DNA of 64,000 bases from Bacteroidota bacterium (GTDB taxonomy: Bacteria > Bacteroidota > Bacteroidia > Palsa-965), in the NCBI GenBank assembly GCA_020402865.1, contig JADBYT010000021.1:7263-71262 (forward strand), given 5' to 3'. The notes under the pieces are model-generated. The model did not search any database. It was not told the DNA's origin and saw nothing but the letters and a program-made list of their open reading frames with translations. Below, in pieces: positions 54,319 to 64,000 of this stretch. Both the position numbers and the translations under genes were made by a program. Numbering within the stretch: position 1 is the stretch's first letter; every line of letters starts with the position of its first letter.

Positions 54319-57024
54319 TTACCGCATTAGCAATACATGCCCAAGCCTCATCTGTACGGCATTTCCGGTACAGCTGCTTTTATAAGAAAGCCGGTACACG
54401 TAAACCTCGTTTTCGGCCAGCTTATTGGCATATTTTCCATCCCATCCCATCGGATTCCTTGTTTCAAAAATGAGTTCACCCCAGCGGTTGAATACCATTA
54501 AATGAAATTCGGTGATACCGTCGCCCACTGGCGCAAACCAATCATTCAGCCCGTCGCCGTTGGGTGTAAAAGTGTTTGGCACAAACACAATAGCTTCGCC
54601 AAGGTTACCGGCAACCGTAATAGTATCTGTTTGCGTACAGGAACCACTAACTGTAGTTACCCAATACTGTCCGGGCTGCGTAACCGTAATTGTGCGGGAT
54701 GTGTCGCCTGTATTCCATAAATAGAATGTGGCATTACTATCTGCCTGAAGGACTATCCCGTTAAGCTGTCCGCAAAGTGATACATCTGGTCCTAAGCTTA
54801 ATTGCCCTGCTACTTGTAAGTTGATACTGTCGCTGCTGAAACAGTTTCCGGGTTGGGAGATTACAGTTACCCCATAAATTCCACCGCTGTTTACCAGTAA
54901 CGTTTGCGTGTTGGCGCCGGTATTCCAGTTCCACACAGCACCGGAATTCTGCGCATCAAGCAGCAAGGTGCTGCCAGGACACAGTATCGTATCCGCCCCC
55001 AGGTTTACAACGGGCAACGGATTAACAATAAGCTGCATACTGCTCATGAGCGTACAGGGCGGATGTATGACTGTAACAGAATAAATTCCGGATGCAGTTA
55101 CCGTAATTGCTGCAGTAGTATCTCCCGTACTCCAGATATACTGACCGGGTACGCCTGCATTAAGTGTAATACTTTGCCCCGCACAAATACTGGTATCCGT
55201 AAACACTGGTGCGGCAGTAAATGTGAGCTGCACCGTATCGCTGGCCGAACAAGATGCCGCTGATACAGTAACGCTGTACACACCACTGCTGCCCGGCGAA
55301 ATGGTTTGCGTAGTGGCACCAGTACTCCAGCTGTAAGTAAAACCGGGATTGCCGGCATCGAGCAAATAATTTTGCTGTGGCGGACAAAGTACGGTATCAC
55401 TTCCCAAATCAACTACAGGCTGCGGGTACACCGTAATTACAACCTGATGCGTATCGCCCCAAATATCGCAGCGTGTTGAATCAAATGCAATCAACGTTGC
55501 GGTGTATGTTCCGGGTTGCGCATACACCCACCCGATAGCTGCTGCTGAGGAGGTATCAGTAGTAACGGATGGATCGCCAAAATCCCAATGCAAACTACCG
55601 GTTAAACCACACAAACCGGTTAAGGAAAGTGCAAAATGCACGGTATCGCCAAGGCAAACTGCAGTGTCGCACGTAAAATCGGCCTGAGGAATTGTGGGAA
55701 TGAATCGCCATAACTCATTACTTCCATTATACATTCCTCCATATACCCAGTAATTCCCGTTGTTATCTACCCACGCCACGCCGCCCCAATGTTCGCCCGG
55801 CATTACATTCGGCCCAGGTACCTGATAAGTACCATAAACCCGCTGTCCGGTAAGATCCTCAAAAAGTAATGTCCACTTATTGGTAGCTGCATTATACCGG
55901 TACAGTGTGAGGTGTGTGGTTATCAAATTGGCTTCACCGCCATAGGTATAAAACAAATCACAATTGAGTTTATTGGCATTCAGATGCGACTCAAGACTAC
56001 GCACCGGAAAATCGGTAGCTGAGGGGACACAGATGCCACTTGTTTGCTGATTGGGCAAAGTAAACTGCGGCCCCTGAATTCCCGAAACCCAGGTCCACTC
56101 GCCCGTTCCAATATTGTATTTCCATAAATCAAGAAAATCAGCTCCGCAAAAACCGCCGTGTCCGTATATGTATAACTCATCTGCAGATGACTTCCAAGAT
56201 ATATATACATTACGCGGCCCGGGGGTATTTAATGGCGATGGTACATTCTGAATCCCATACACAGGTAACCCGGAGAGCTGAGCCGGGTTACCACTTACCC
56301 ATTTCCACTGATTAAGCTGTGTGTCATACGTCCACACAAGATCAGAACATCCCGGAACAGTGATATAATTACCTCCGAAGAGCCAAAGATTTCCCAATGT
56401 ATCGCCCCATCCGCTGTGATGCTCGGTAAAACTGCCGGGCATATTGGTAGGCGCAAAAACATTTTGTGTACCCGGACTGCCATAAGGCAAGAGTGGAAAA
56501 CCTGGGCCATGCATCCATGCCCATTGATTGATACTTACATCATACTTCCACAAGTTGGGGCTTCCATTTCCTTCAAGCAGCCAGAAATTTCCATCGGCAT
56601 CTGTAAATTCCGTGTTTCCAAATCCGGCAGATGCCGGATAATAATTTGGCGAAAAAACGCCTTTCTGAATATATGTTCCGAACGAAGTTGAAGACCACAT
56701 CGGCCCATTCATCCACACCCACATGCCCAGCGAAATATCATACATCCACATGTCTGAAAATGATCCACCACCGCCCTGAGGATCATTGCTCTGACCGCCA
56801 TGCAGCCAAAGATTGCCTTGTAAATCAACCCAGCGCAATGATTCGTACCTGAAACCGGGAGTATTTGTAGGCGATGGCACTCCCTGTACTCCGTAATTTG
56901 CCAACGCATTGGCCGGCTGATTCCCATGCATCCACGTCCATTCACCCCCTTGCTGAGCAGAAAGAAATCCGGCAGAAGTAAGAAAAATCAACAGCCCGAA
57001 AAACAACCTGATTAGCTTGTTCAT
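54319..57024 (-). CDS. Secreted Kelch / PKD / Ig-like repeat protein with a type-B T9SS CTD. This is paralog 5.
   Basis: 901 aa, signal MNKLIRLFFGLLIFLTSAGFLSAQ. Closest to paralog 4, with long stretches near-identical. C-terminus FVPNTFTPNGDGLNDWF…MVFNRWGELIF. Confidence 0.8.
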   Translation of the reverse strand: MNKLIRLFFGLLIFLTSAGFLSAQQGGEWTWMHGNQPANALANYGVQGVPSPTNTPGFRYESLRWVDLQGNLWLHGGQSNDPQGGGGSFSDMWMYDISLGMWVWMNGPMWSSTSFGTYIQKGVFSPNYYPASAGFGNTEFTDADGNFWLLEGNGSPNLWKYDVSINQWAWMHGPGFPLLPYGSPGTQNVFAPTNMPGSFTEHHSGWGDTLGNLWLFGGNYITVPGCSDLVWTYDTQLNQWKWVSGNPAQLSGLPVYGIQNVPSPLNTPGPRNVYISWKSSADELYIYGHGGFCGADFLDLWKYNIGTGEWTWVSGIQGPQFTLPNQQTSGICVPSATDFPVRSLESHLNANKLNCDLFYTYGGEANLITTHLTLYRYNAATNKWTLLFEDLTGQRVYGTYQVPGPNVMPGEHWGGVAWVDNNGNYWVYGGMYNGSNELWRFIPTIPQADFTCDTAVCLGDTVHFALSLTGLCGLTGSLHWDFGDPSVTTDTSSAAAIGWVYAQPGTYTATLIAFDSTRCDIWGDTHQVVITVYPQPVVDLGSDTVLCPPQQNYLLDAGNPGFTYSWSTGATTQTISPGSSGVYSVTVSAASCSASDTVQLTFTAAPVFTDTSICAGQSITLNAGVPGQYIWSTGDTTAAITVTASGIYSVTVIHPPCTLMSSMQLIVNPLPVVNLGADTILCPGSTLLLDAQNSGAVWNWNTGANTQTLLVNSGGIYGVTVISQPGNCFSSDSINLQVAGQLSLGPDVSLCGQLNGIVLQADSNATFYLWNTGDTSRTITVTQPGQYWVTTVSGSCTQTDTITVAGNLGEAIVFVPNTFTPNGDGLNDWFAPVGDGITEFHLMVFNRWGELIFETRNPMGWDGKYANKLAENEVYVYRLSYKSSCTGNAVQMRLGHVLLMR

Positions 57025-57175
57025 AATTACGATTATGAGATTGTAGTTTCAAACATAGATGCATTTCTTCGGCTAATCTGTTTAGCTGCAAAGCAATTTA
57101 TCGGACTGAAAAACAGAATTTTAAACCTAATCATATTAGATCAGTCCGCTGTAGCCCGGAATGACCAGGAGGTAG

Positions 57176-57988
57176 TTGAACCGGTTTCCCGAAAATGGTG
57201 TTCTTTGTACCATGTTCGATCCATCCGATACAGAACTTCGGTACTTACTCGAAACGAGTGTGCAGCGTTTCAATACGTTTACATTTATCGAAACCGATCC
57301 GGTGAGCATTCCGCATTTGTTTACAGCGCGGGCTGATATTGAAATTGCCGGTTTTCTTGCTGCCACCATTGCCTGGGGCCAGCGGCCGGTTATTTTGCGC
57401 AATGCGCTGCAACTCATGCAACGCATGGACATGGCGCCCGCACAATTTGTGCTGCACGCCGATGCGCGCGAGCTGAAACACCTCAATGGCTTTGTACACC
57501 GCACATTTAACGGCGAAGATGCGCGCACACTGGTACTGGGTTTGCGGCATCTTTACAAAAAGCACGGCGGGCCGGAAGCGGTGTTTGCAAATGCACTCCG
57601 GCAGGGCAACATGGCGCAGGCCATAAGTACATTCCGCGCCGCGTTGCTCGAAAAACCGCATCCTGCACGCAGCCGCAAACACGTAGCCGATCCGGCTGCA
57701 GGATCCTCGGCCAAACGTATTAATATGTGGCTGCGCTGGATGGTACGCAGCGATAAAGCCGGCGTTGATTTCGGCCTCTGGAAAAACCTATCGCCCGCCC
57801 TGCTCCACTGCCCGCTCGATTTGCATTCGGGCAATGTGGCACGCAAACTCGGCCTGCTGCAACGCACTCAAAACGACTGGAAAGCCGTAGAAGAACTCAC
57901 CGCCAACCTGCGCCTGCTTGATGCCAAAGATCCCGTGAAATATGACTTTGCACTTTTCGGCTTGGGGGTGTTTGATGGCGTGAAGTAA
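57176..57988 (+). CDS. TIGR02757 / DUF2400-family conserved hypothetical protein.
   Basis: 270 aa. The pattern FLAATIAWGQRPVILRNALQLM…NGFVHRTFNGEDA… matches my recollection of this family. A possible alternative start is at 57212. Confidence 0.5.
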   Translation: MNRFPENGVLCTMFDPSDTELRYLLETSVQRFNTFTFIETDPVSIPHLFTARADIEIAGFLAATIAWGQRPVILRNALQLMQRMDMAPAQFVLHADARELKHLNGFVHRTFNGEDARTLVLGLRHLYKKHGGPEAVFANALRQGNMAQAISTFRAALLEKPHPARSRKHVADPAAGSSAKRINMWLRWMVRSDKAGVDFGLWKNLSPALLHCPLDLHSGNVARKLGLLQRTQNDWKAVEELTANLRLLDAKDPVKYDFALFGLGVFDGVK

Positions 57989-58189
57989 CCTCTTGCCTCG
58001 TCTCGACTACGCCTGAGGTGACAAAAGGCTTTAGTTTTTTGAGCACAGCTGTTAACGCCTTCGCTCCGCTTGATGCGACTGATTAATGTGATTTCAAGTC
58101 AGTTGTTTTCAAACTAAAGCCGAACCTAACTGACAAGCCTGCATATCACCCATCATTTCAAACTAAATGAGTGCTGTGACTAAAAACTA

Positions 58190-58232
58190 AAATGCGGCAA
58201 ACCGGCGGCCTGGTTTTGCGACGGGTGAATGT
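58190..58232 (-). terminator. Probable intrinsic terminator downstream of rarA.
   Basis: Imperfect hairpin GCAAAACC…GGTTTGC around 58196–58225, followed on the - strand by a T-rich run (TTTTAGTTTTTAG). Confidence 0.35.
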
Positions 58233-58242
58233 GCTTAATAAA

Positions 58243-59520
58243 TCAGTAGCCGTATTTATCGCCCCAGCATTTACGAAGGTAAGCGCGTAGTTCGTTTTCG
58301 CGGGCCGATTGACCGGGCTCGTAGAGTTTGTGATTACTGAGCGCATCGGGCAAATATTCCTGTTCCCCGAAATTGCCGGTGTGGCTGTGGCTGTAGTCGT
58401 ACTCGCGGCCGTAGCCTATTTCTTTCATGAGTTTGGTGGGCGCGTTGCGCAAATGCAGGGGCACGGGCAAATCGCCGGTTTGGTTAACCAGCGCCATGGC
58501 TTCGTTAATAGCCATGTACGAGGCATTGCTCTTTGGCGAGGAAGCGAGATACGTAACCGTTTGCGCAAGTATGATGCGCGCTTCGGGCATGCCTATGGTG
58601 TGTACGGCCTGAAAGCAGTTGTTGGCCAGCAGCAGCGCATTCGGATTGGCATTGCCTACATCTTCCGAGGCCAGAATGAGCAGGCGGCGGGCAATAAAGA
58701 GCGGATCTTCGCCGCCAGCCAGCATGCGCGCCAGCCAGTACACGCCCGCATTGGGGTCGCTGCCGCGGATGGATTTAATGAAGGCGGAGATAATGTCGTA
58801 ATGCTGCTCGCCGGTTTTGTCGTACCGCGCCATGTTCTGCTGCACGTGTTTCAGTACCTCGTCGTTGGTAATCACCACCGGCGACCCGCCAATGGCATTG
58901 ATGACCAGTTCAAACACGTTGAGCAGCTTGCGCGCATCGCCGCCCGAAAGCCGCAGCAGGGCTTCGTATTCGCGGATTTCCACCTGCTTCTGCCGCAGCA
59001 GTTCGTCTTTCTCCAGCGCATCGTGCAATAGCTGGATCAGGTCGTCCTTGCTGAGCGATTCGAGAATATACACCTGGCAGCGCGAAAGCAAAGCAGAAAT
59101 CACCTCAAACGAGGGATTTTCGGTAGTAGCACCAATCAGCGTAACCGTGCCCTTTTCCACCGCGCCCAGCAGCGAGTCCTGCTGCGCCTTGCTGAAACGG
59201 TGAATCTCGTCGATAAAAAGTACGGGCTGGTTGGTGCCAAAAAACGACTGGCTCTTTGCCTTGTCAATCACTTCGCGCACATCCTTTACGCCGGAGTTAA
59301 TGGCGCTGAGCGCATAAAACGGACGTTTAAGCTGCCCGGCAATGATATTGGCCAGCGTGGTTTTGCCCACACCGGGCGGCCCCCAGAAAATCATGGAAGG
59401 CAAAACCCCGGCCTCAATGGCGCGGCGTATTACACCCGTTTCACCCACCAGATGGCGCTGACCAATATACGTATCAAGCGATGTGGGGCGAAGGCGTTCG
59501 GCAAGCGGTGCGGATGTCAT
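58243..59520 (-). CDS. rarA: Replication-associated recombination protein A (AAA+ ATPase RarA/MgsA).
   Basis: ATG at 59520 gives MTSAPLAERLRPTSLDTYIGQRHL…, Walker A GPPGVGKTT, Walker B/sensor VLFIDEIHRFSKAQQD, and C-terminal MgsA helical domains. Confidence 0.9.
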   Translation of the reverse strand: MTSAPLAERLRPTSLDTYIGQRHLVGETGVIRRAIEAGVLPSMIFWGPPGVGKTTLANIIAGQLKRPFYALSAINSGVKDVREVIDKAKSQSFFGTNQPVLFIDEIHRFSKAQQDSLLGAVEKGTVTLIGATTENPSFEVISALLSRCQVYILESLSKDDLIQLLHDALEKDELLRQKQVEIREYEALLRLSGGDARKLLNVFELVINAIGGSPVVITNDEVLKHVQQNMARYDKTGEQHYDIISAFIKSIRGSDPNAGVYWLARMLAGGEDPLFIARRLLILASEDVGNANPNALLLANNCFQAVHTIGMPEARIILAQTVTYLASSPKSNASYMAINEAMALVNQTGDLPVPLHLRNAPTKLMKEIGYGREYDYSHSHTGNFGEQEYLPDALSNHKLYEPGQSARENELRAYLRKCWGDKYGY

Positions 59521-59618
59521 GGCATAAAGATACAATGGAGCACAGCCGCTGTCAAACACCAGCACGTTTTGGCACATTTTTTTCATTACACCATCCAAAC
59601 AATTATCTTTAACGTCGT

Positions 59619-60065
59619 ATGAAACGTTATTTCTCCCTTTTTACCGTGGCCGGACTCTTTATGCTGTTCTGCTCGGTGGCCTTGCCCGGCGATACCGAAA
59701 CCATTGAAGGCAAAGCCTATAAAGTAACCATGACCGAAGCCAAAAAAGGCGGCAAATCAGGCCAGCCTGAGCAGGATGTACTGAGCATCAAAAACGGAAA
59801 ACTCCGCTCCAAACTCCTCGGCCGCGAAATGGGCGCCGATGCCATCAGCATCGAACTCACCGTTGATTCGGTGTACCGCGACGATGGCTACGAAATTCTT
59901 TACGTTGAGTTTGAAGGCACTGCTACCAACAAACTTGAGGAAACCGTTGAGGTAAAAGGCACCATAGACGGCTACGGCATTGAAGGTTCTGCGGAGCTTT
60001 CGAAGAAAGGTAAAGTAAAACGCCATTACGATTTTGTAGGCTCGGAGAAGGAAGGGAAAAAGTAA
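59619..60065 (+). CDS. Small secreted protein (hypothetical).
   Basis: 148 aa, signal MKRYFSLFTVAGLFMLFCSVA, Lys/Glu-rich. Confidence 0.4.
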   Translation: MKRYFSLFTVAGLFMLFCSVALPGDTETIEGKAYKVTMTEAKKGGKSGQPEQDVLSIKNGKLRSKLLGREMGADAISIELTVDSVYRDDGYEILYVEFEGTATNKLEETVEVKGTIDGYGIEGSAELSKKGKVKRHYDFVGSEKEGKK

Positions 60066-60153
60066 GCTTTTCCTATCAAGCGATATAGTTGGGAAAGCGG
60101 TCTCTGTTTGGGGCCGCTTTTTTTGTGGGTAATTCAATCGTACAAAGCTATAC

Positions 60154-60741
60154 TTGCCCAAAAAGCATAAATTAACAGGATTAATATATAAAGCTATTTT
60201 GGCAAATTCATTTCTACATTCCATACTATACGGGTTTGCAGTGTACAGCCTGATTGTGCTATTGTGTAACCTATTTCCGGGTAGCCGGATAAAAAATCAA
60301 ATCGAAAAATTCGATCAATCGGTTTGCACGTTTATTCCTGTTGTTGGCCTGCTTTTATTGATTATCAATATTCTCTATCTGTATTCAGAAATAACTATCA
60401 CGCCAAATCCGAATGAAGGAGATTTGCTCCAACGCATCACTGGCCCTTATTGGTATGCATACTGGTTCCAGTACATGATTTATCTATCTTCTGTTCTTCT
60501 TTGGATGAAGAGATTGCGTAAAAATGGATTAATCAGAATAATAGTTTCTGTAATCATTCTTTTTCCGTTAGAGAGAATTGTTAACTATCTGACATCATTC
60601 AACCGCGATTATCAACAAAGCAATTGGACAATGTATCATCCTGAACAAATAACAAACTGGCTTTGGCATATTGTTATTTTTTGTCTCGTGGCTGTAATTT
60701 TTCATTGGATACGACTGAGATTTATGAAGAATATGAAGTAA
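60154..60741 (+). CDS. Integral membrane protein (hypothetical).
   Basis: 195 aa with 4–5 predicted TM helices. AT-rich coding sequence. Confidence 0.35.
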   Translation: MPKKHKLTGLIYKAILANSFLHSILYGFAVYSLIVLLCNLFPGSRIKNQIEKFDQSVCTFIPVVGLLLLIINILYLYSEITITPNPNEGDLLQRITGPYWYAYWFQYMIYLSSVLLWMKRLRKNGLIRIIVSVIILFPLERIVNYLTSFNRDYQQSNWTMYHPEQITNWLWHIVIFCLVAVIFHWIRLRFMKNMK

Positions 60742-60787
60742 CTTAATGTTACCTAGAAAAATATTGAATTGCTAATAATAACACACA

Positions 60788-61633
60788 ATGCCATTTTTAG
60801 TGCATCTTGCTGATGAAAGAGACGCAGCAACTATTCGTAAAAACGGAATAAAAATCGGGAAATACAGACCCGGTGTGTTCTGTATGCCTGTTCTTCCAAA
60901 TTATTATTTTACCCATCAATGGCTCAGGGAACTAAAAAGACGTGGTGCAAGAACTTATGTGGGTGTGTATTTCAAATTAAATTCCAATGAGATCGTTTAT
61001 GCAGGCAAATACAATCAACCGCACAAACAAATTACACTTGGTGAAGCAATAAAGGAAATAATGAGTCTGGATGATCCGCTTGGCTATGAATTGATCATTG
61101 GCAGAAAAATAGGAACAAAAGAAATAGATAAAATCAAAATCTTACCTCAAAAAACAGGATGGCGATACTTTCCCGGAAGTAACCGAAAAAAACCTGCATG
61201 TGCATGTAATATGTGTATCCCTATTGGTTCGATAAAAGGGAAACGTCTTCGTGAAAAGCTTGAACCACCGGTAAAAGCAATGGATTATTATCAGATAATT
61301 GAAAAATTAAAGGTTGCTAACACTGAGAACGAAATTGATGAGCTACTTTGGACAGTAAGGCGAACAAGAAGGCGTGCTGACCCAACAAATCTGCTTTTCC
61401 TACTGGATAGAAAGTCTGATTCGATAAATCAGTCTGTTGCACTGGCGTTAGGAATGTATAGACATAAAAATACACGTCCAATTTTATTGGAGTTACTAAA
61501 AAGTGCTGATGTAACTACCAAAGAATTTGCTGCCGACAGTTTATTGAAGCTGTATGGGAAAGATATTGAAAAGATGCTTGTTGAAATGAATGATTATGCC
61601 ATAAATTATGTGGTTGAGGAGTGGAAACGATAA
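60788..61633 (+). CDS. Hypothetical protein with a C-terminal HEAT-like repeat.
   Basis: 281 aa. C-terminal …SVALALGMYRHKNTRPILLELLKSADVTTKEFAADSLLKLYGKD resembles HEAT/PBS lyase repeats. N-terminal domain unrecognised. AT-rich. Confidence 0.35.
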   Translation: MPFLVHLADERDAATIRKNGIKIGKYRPGVFCMPVLPNYYFTHQWLRELKRRGARTYVGVYFKLNSNEIVYAGKYNQPHKQITLGEAIKEIMSLDDPLGYELIIGRKIGTKEIDKIKILPQKTGWRYFPGSNRKKPACACNMCIPIGSIKGKRLREKLEPPVKAMDYYQIIEKLKVANTENEIDELLWTVRRTRRRADPTNLLFLLDRKSDSINQSVALALGMYRHKNTRPILLELLKSADVTTKEFAADSLLKLYGKDIEKMLVEMNDYAINYVVEEWKR

Positions 61634-61709
61634 TCTCTGCGCTAACAGTCTCTAACACATGTTCAAAATTTACAATTCTCCCGCCCCGGCTCTTTTGTAA
61701 TTTTCACGC

Positions 61710-62564
61710 GTGAAAAATACACTACCCGTTCCCGTTACAGAAATCAACGCCGGCACTTCCCGTTTCTGGATGCACAGGCCGCAGGGCGTGGTGGCCGATG
61801 CGGTGAGTCTGATCTGGGCTTCGGCGGGTGTGGCGGCTTTTCGTGAGGAGCGGATTATTCCCGACGGGGCCGGTGTGTTGTTGTTCAACTTTGGTGATGC
61901 GGTGCGCAGTGAAGCGGCCGGAAGCGGTGAAACGACTTTGTTTAACCGCGTAATGCTTTCGGGCGTGTTTACGCATGCGGCTTCCATGTTTTACCAGCCG
62001 GGTATGCAGCACGAGCAGCTGGGCATTATTTTTTATCCTTATGCCATTGGACAGTTGCTGGGCTTTGCAGCCGAAGCAGTGAACAACTTAGCCATTACAC
62101 AAACCGATTTACCGGCTCACCTGCATCTGCTTTGGGAACAGCTGGCCGCGTGTACACATCCTGCGCAGCGCATTCCCCTTGTGCTGCACTGGCTGCAAAA
62201 TCAACTCCATGCAGCGCCGGTGTCGCAGCCGCTGGTGCAGCTCATACGCCGCTACCGCCACGAAACTGCAGCCGAAATTACCGCGCGTACCGGCTACAGC
62301 CAGCAGCACCTCAACCGCCTGCTGCGCCGCGACACAGGCGTAAACCTCAAAGCCCTGCAACGCATTTTCCGCCTCAATGATGCCGTGCAGGCGCTTTCAC
62401 TTCCGCCAAAGCACAGCGACAATCTCACCGCCCTTGCCGTGGACGCAGGTTATTTCGATCAGGCACATTTCAACCACGAGTTTAAGGCCATGACGGGCTT
62501 TACACCTGCGGCTTTCCGCAAAATGGGCGGCGTAGTGGCCGGGCGCGTTATTTATCTGCACTGA
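61710..62564 (+). CDS. AraC-family transcriptional regulator.
   Basis: 284 aa. C-terminal double HTH (ITARTGYSQQHLNRLLRRDTG… and ALAVDAGYFDQAHFNHEFKAMTGFTPAAFRK). Confidence 0.75.
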   Translation: MKNTLPVPVTEINAGTSRFWMHRPQGVVADAVSLIWASAGVAAFREERIIPDGAGVLLFNFGDAVRSEAAGSGETTLFNRVMLSGVFTHAASMFYQPGMQHEQLGIIFYPYAIGQLLGFAAEAVNNLAITQTDLPAHLHLLWEQLAACTHPAQRIPLVLHWLQNQLHAAPVSQPLVQLIRRYRHETAAEITARTGYSQQHLNRLLRRDTGVNLKALQRIFRLNDAVQALSLPPKHSDNLTALAVDAGYFDQAHFNHEFKAMTGFTPAAFRKMGGVVAGRVIYLH

Positions 62565-62637
62565 TGTCCGGCAGCATGTTCAGTATTTACAAGTTTGCTG
62601 ATGCAGCTGCATGTAGGTTTGCCGAAAAATCAAACCA

Positions 62638-63276
62638 ATGAAAAAACTCAAACGCATCATGCTTGGCTTTCTCCTTTTACTCGTATTCTGGTTTGGCCTT
62701 GTAGGCATTCTCATGAATCATATTTTTCCGCCCGATCCGTCGCAGGCCATTGCCGCATTAAAGCCGGGCAGCGTAATTGAAAGCGCACAGGAAGGCATTT
62801 CGCAAACTGTGTTGCAGGAAAACAACGGCATGCTGTGTATGCACATCGAACTGAAACCACACGCCCCCGGCCCGCCCGAACACATTCACTTCACATTCGA
62901 TGAAACGTTTGTGGTGAAAGAAGGCACACTGAGCATGCAGCTGGCTGGAAGCAAAAAAACGTTCGGCCCCGGCAGCATTGTGACTGTGCCCGCCGGTACA
63001 CCGCACCGCATTTACAACGAAACCAATTCAACCGTAGTGCTGCATGATACCACGCTGCTGCACGCCACCATGCCCGCGGGCTTTGCCGCCGGACTGGCCA
63101 GCCTTTATCCCGCCATGGACAAAGCCGGCAACCCGAAATCGGGCAAAGTGCTTTTACAACTTGCCGCACAAGGCAACAGTTTCGATACCTGGATTGCCGA
63201 TGCCCCACCAGGCGCGCAAAAAACCATACGCTGGCTGCTTGGGCCCACAGCACGGTTGCTGGGTTACGGATACTGA
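62638..63276 (+). CDS. Cupin-domain protein with an N-terminal TM/signal anchor.
   Basis: 212 aa. Cupin motifs HIHFTFDETFVVKEGTL and TVPAGTPHRIYN. Confidence 0.55.
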   Translation: MKKLKRIMLGFLLLLVFWFGLVGILMNHIFPPDPSQAIAALKPGSVIESAQEGISQTVLQENNGMLCMHIELKPHAPGPPEHIHFTFDETFVVKEGTLSMQLAGSKKTFGPGSIVTVPAGTPHRIYNETNSTVVLHDTTLLHATMPAGFAAGLASLYPAMDKAGNPKSGKVLLQLAAQGNSFDTWIADAPPGAQKTIRWLLGPTARLLGYGY

Positions 63277-63358
63277 CACAAAAAAAGCAAAACGCCCGGC
63301 CATTGCAGCCGGGCGTTTTTACACATCCTCTTTTCAATCCTAACCAAATTTTACGCTG

Positions 63359-63877
63359 TTATTCCCATTTATTCTTGTCTTTATCCTTCTCCTTCTCTTC
63401 ATCTATTTCCGACTGCTCAAGTACATTCGAAAACTCAAACCGTTCCTTGATTCCATTGCTGTTGGTACATTCCAGATACAGATCGTTTTGAGTGAGACGC
63501 AAAATTTTGAAACGGCGGTCGCCATACTCGCGGCCATTGGGTTGAAGAAGAATTTCTTCCTTGTCGTTTTCAAAGCGCCATTTGCCTGTCCAGCTCAGCT
63601 GATCCGAGCAGCCGGCACATTCCTGTAAATATTCCGTGTAATCGCCATCATTCACATCGGAAAAACGCAGTTGATAGTTGTAACCGAGATAATGAAACGC
63701 ACTGTCGGTTTTGTCTATTCCCTCGCGCGAGTATTTTTCCAATTTCCAGAGTTCTTCCAAACGAACTTCTTTGGGGATGAGCGAAAGTCCGGGGCCTTCT
63801 TCATATTTCCCGCACGAACTGAAGGTTAAAAGCAATCCCCAACAAATAGCCGAAAGTAATAATTTGAAATTTTTCAT
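63359..63877 (-). CDS. Lipoprotein (hypothetical) with an acidic Lys/Glu/Asp-rich tail.
   Basis: 172 aa, lipobox LLLTFSSCGK, C-terminal EIDEEKEKDKDKNKWE. Confidence 0.4.
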   Translation of the reverse strand: MKNFKLLLSAICWGLLLTFSSCGKYEEGPGLSLIPKEVRLEELWKLEKYSREGIDKTDSAFHYLGYNYQLRFSDVNDGDYTEYLQECAGCSDQLSWTGKWRFENDKEEILLQPNGREYGDRRFKILRLTQNDLYLECTNSNGIKERFEFSNVLEQSEIDEEKEKDKDKNKWE

Positions 63878-64000
63878 CGTTTTTTTTGTGTTAGTGAATA
63901 CATCAATATGACAGCAAAGAGCATACTTTCCCCTATCAGAATATATTAAATTGGAATTAGGATACCGGTAAATCCATTTAGAAACCAGCTGCTAAAAGAT

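Noticed and set aside
58309-59203. 240-aa and 128-aa + ORFs.
   Set aside because: Antisense to rarA.
1-64000. CRISPR arrays and tRNA/rRNA genes.
   Set aside because: No short direct-repeat/spacer periodicity was found in any intergenic region. The larger non-coding gaps were inspected (1319–1618, 18619–18954, 41197–41511, 50473–50765, 57989–58242) and none folds into a cloverleaf-like tRNA or shows rRNA signatures.

Overview
This 64-kb window is chromosomal DNA with Bacteroidota features: secreted proteins carry type-A and type-B T9SS C-terminal sorting domains, and there is a bamD–rpoZ–coaBC–DUF4835 housekeeping cluster. I could not place the genus from sequence alone.

The core, housekeeping part is:
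- a partial TPP-dependent decarboxylase at the 5' edge
- the bamD–rpoZ–coaBC–DUF4835 block
- a Crp/Fnr regulator and sucC
- the lpxB–small membrane protein–surE block
- a UvrD-like helicase/nuclease, rarA, a TIGR02757 protein, an AraC regulator and a cupin

The accessory content is dominated by five paralogous secreted proteins of about 900 aa. Each has an N-terminal Kelch-type beta-propeller, a PKD-like domain, about five Ig-like 'xxxLGxDTxLCxGxxLxLDAGNxGAxYxWSTGxTTQTI' modules, and a type-B T9SS (gliding-motility-associated) C-terminal domain. Three are tandem on the + strand and two are on the - strand. Alongside them are two large type-A CTD proteins, one PKD-rich and one choice-of-anchor-J/MAM-like.

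Smaller modules are a zinc-homeostasis pair (Fur-family regulator divergent from a COG0523 GTPase), a GPP34-like protein with a Cys/Gly-rich tail, and a paralogous lipoprotein/TM pair.

The most unusual locus is a compact, AT-rich two-gene operon at 33175–35115 on the - strand. It encodes a metacaspase-like C14 peptidase followed 3 nt downstream by a protein with an N-terminal TIR-like domain and a C-terminal STING-like ligand-binding domain (Cap12-like). No CD-NTase cyclase is adjacent. The operon sits directly downstream of a TPR sensor kinase/LuxR regulator pair and has its own intrinsic terminator. I interpret it as a candidate uncharacterised defence or abortive-infection module; this is inference from sequence motifs only. 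No tRNA, rRNA, CRISPR array, transposase or integrase was recognised.
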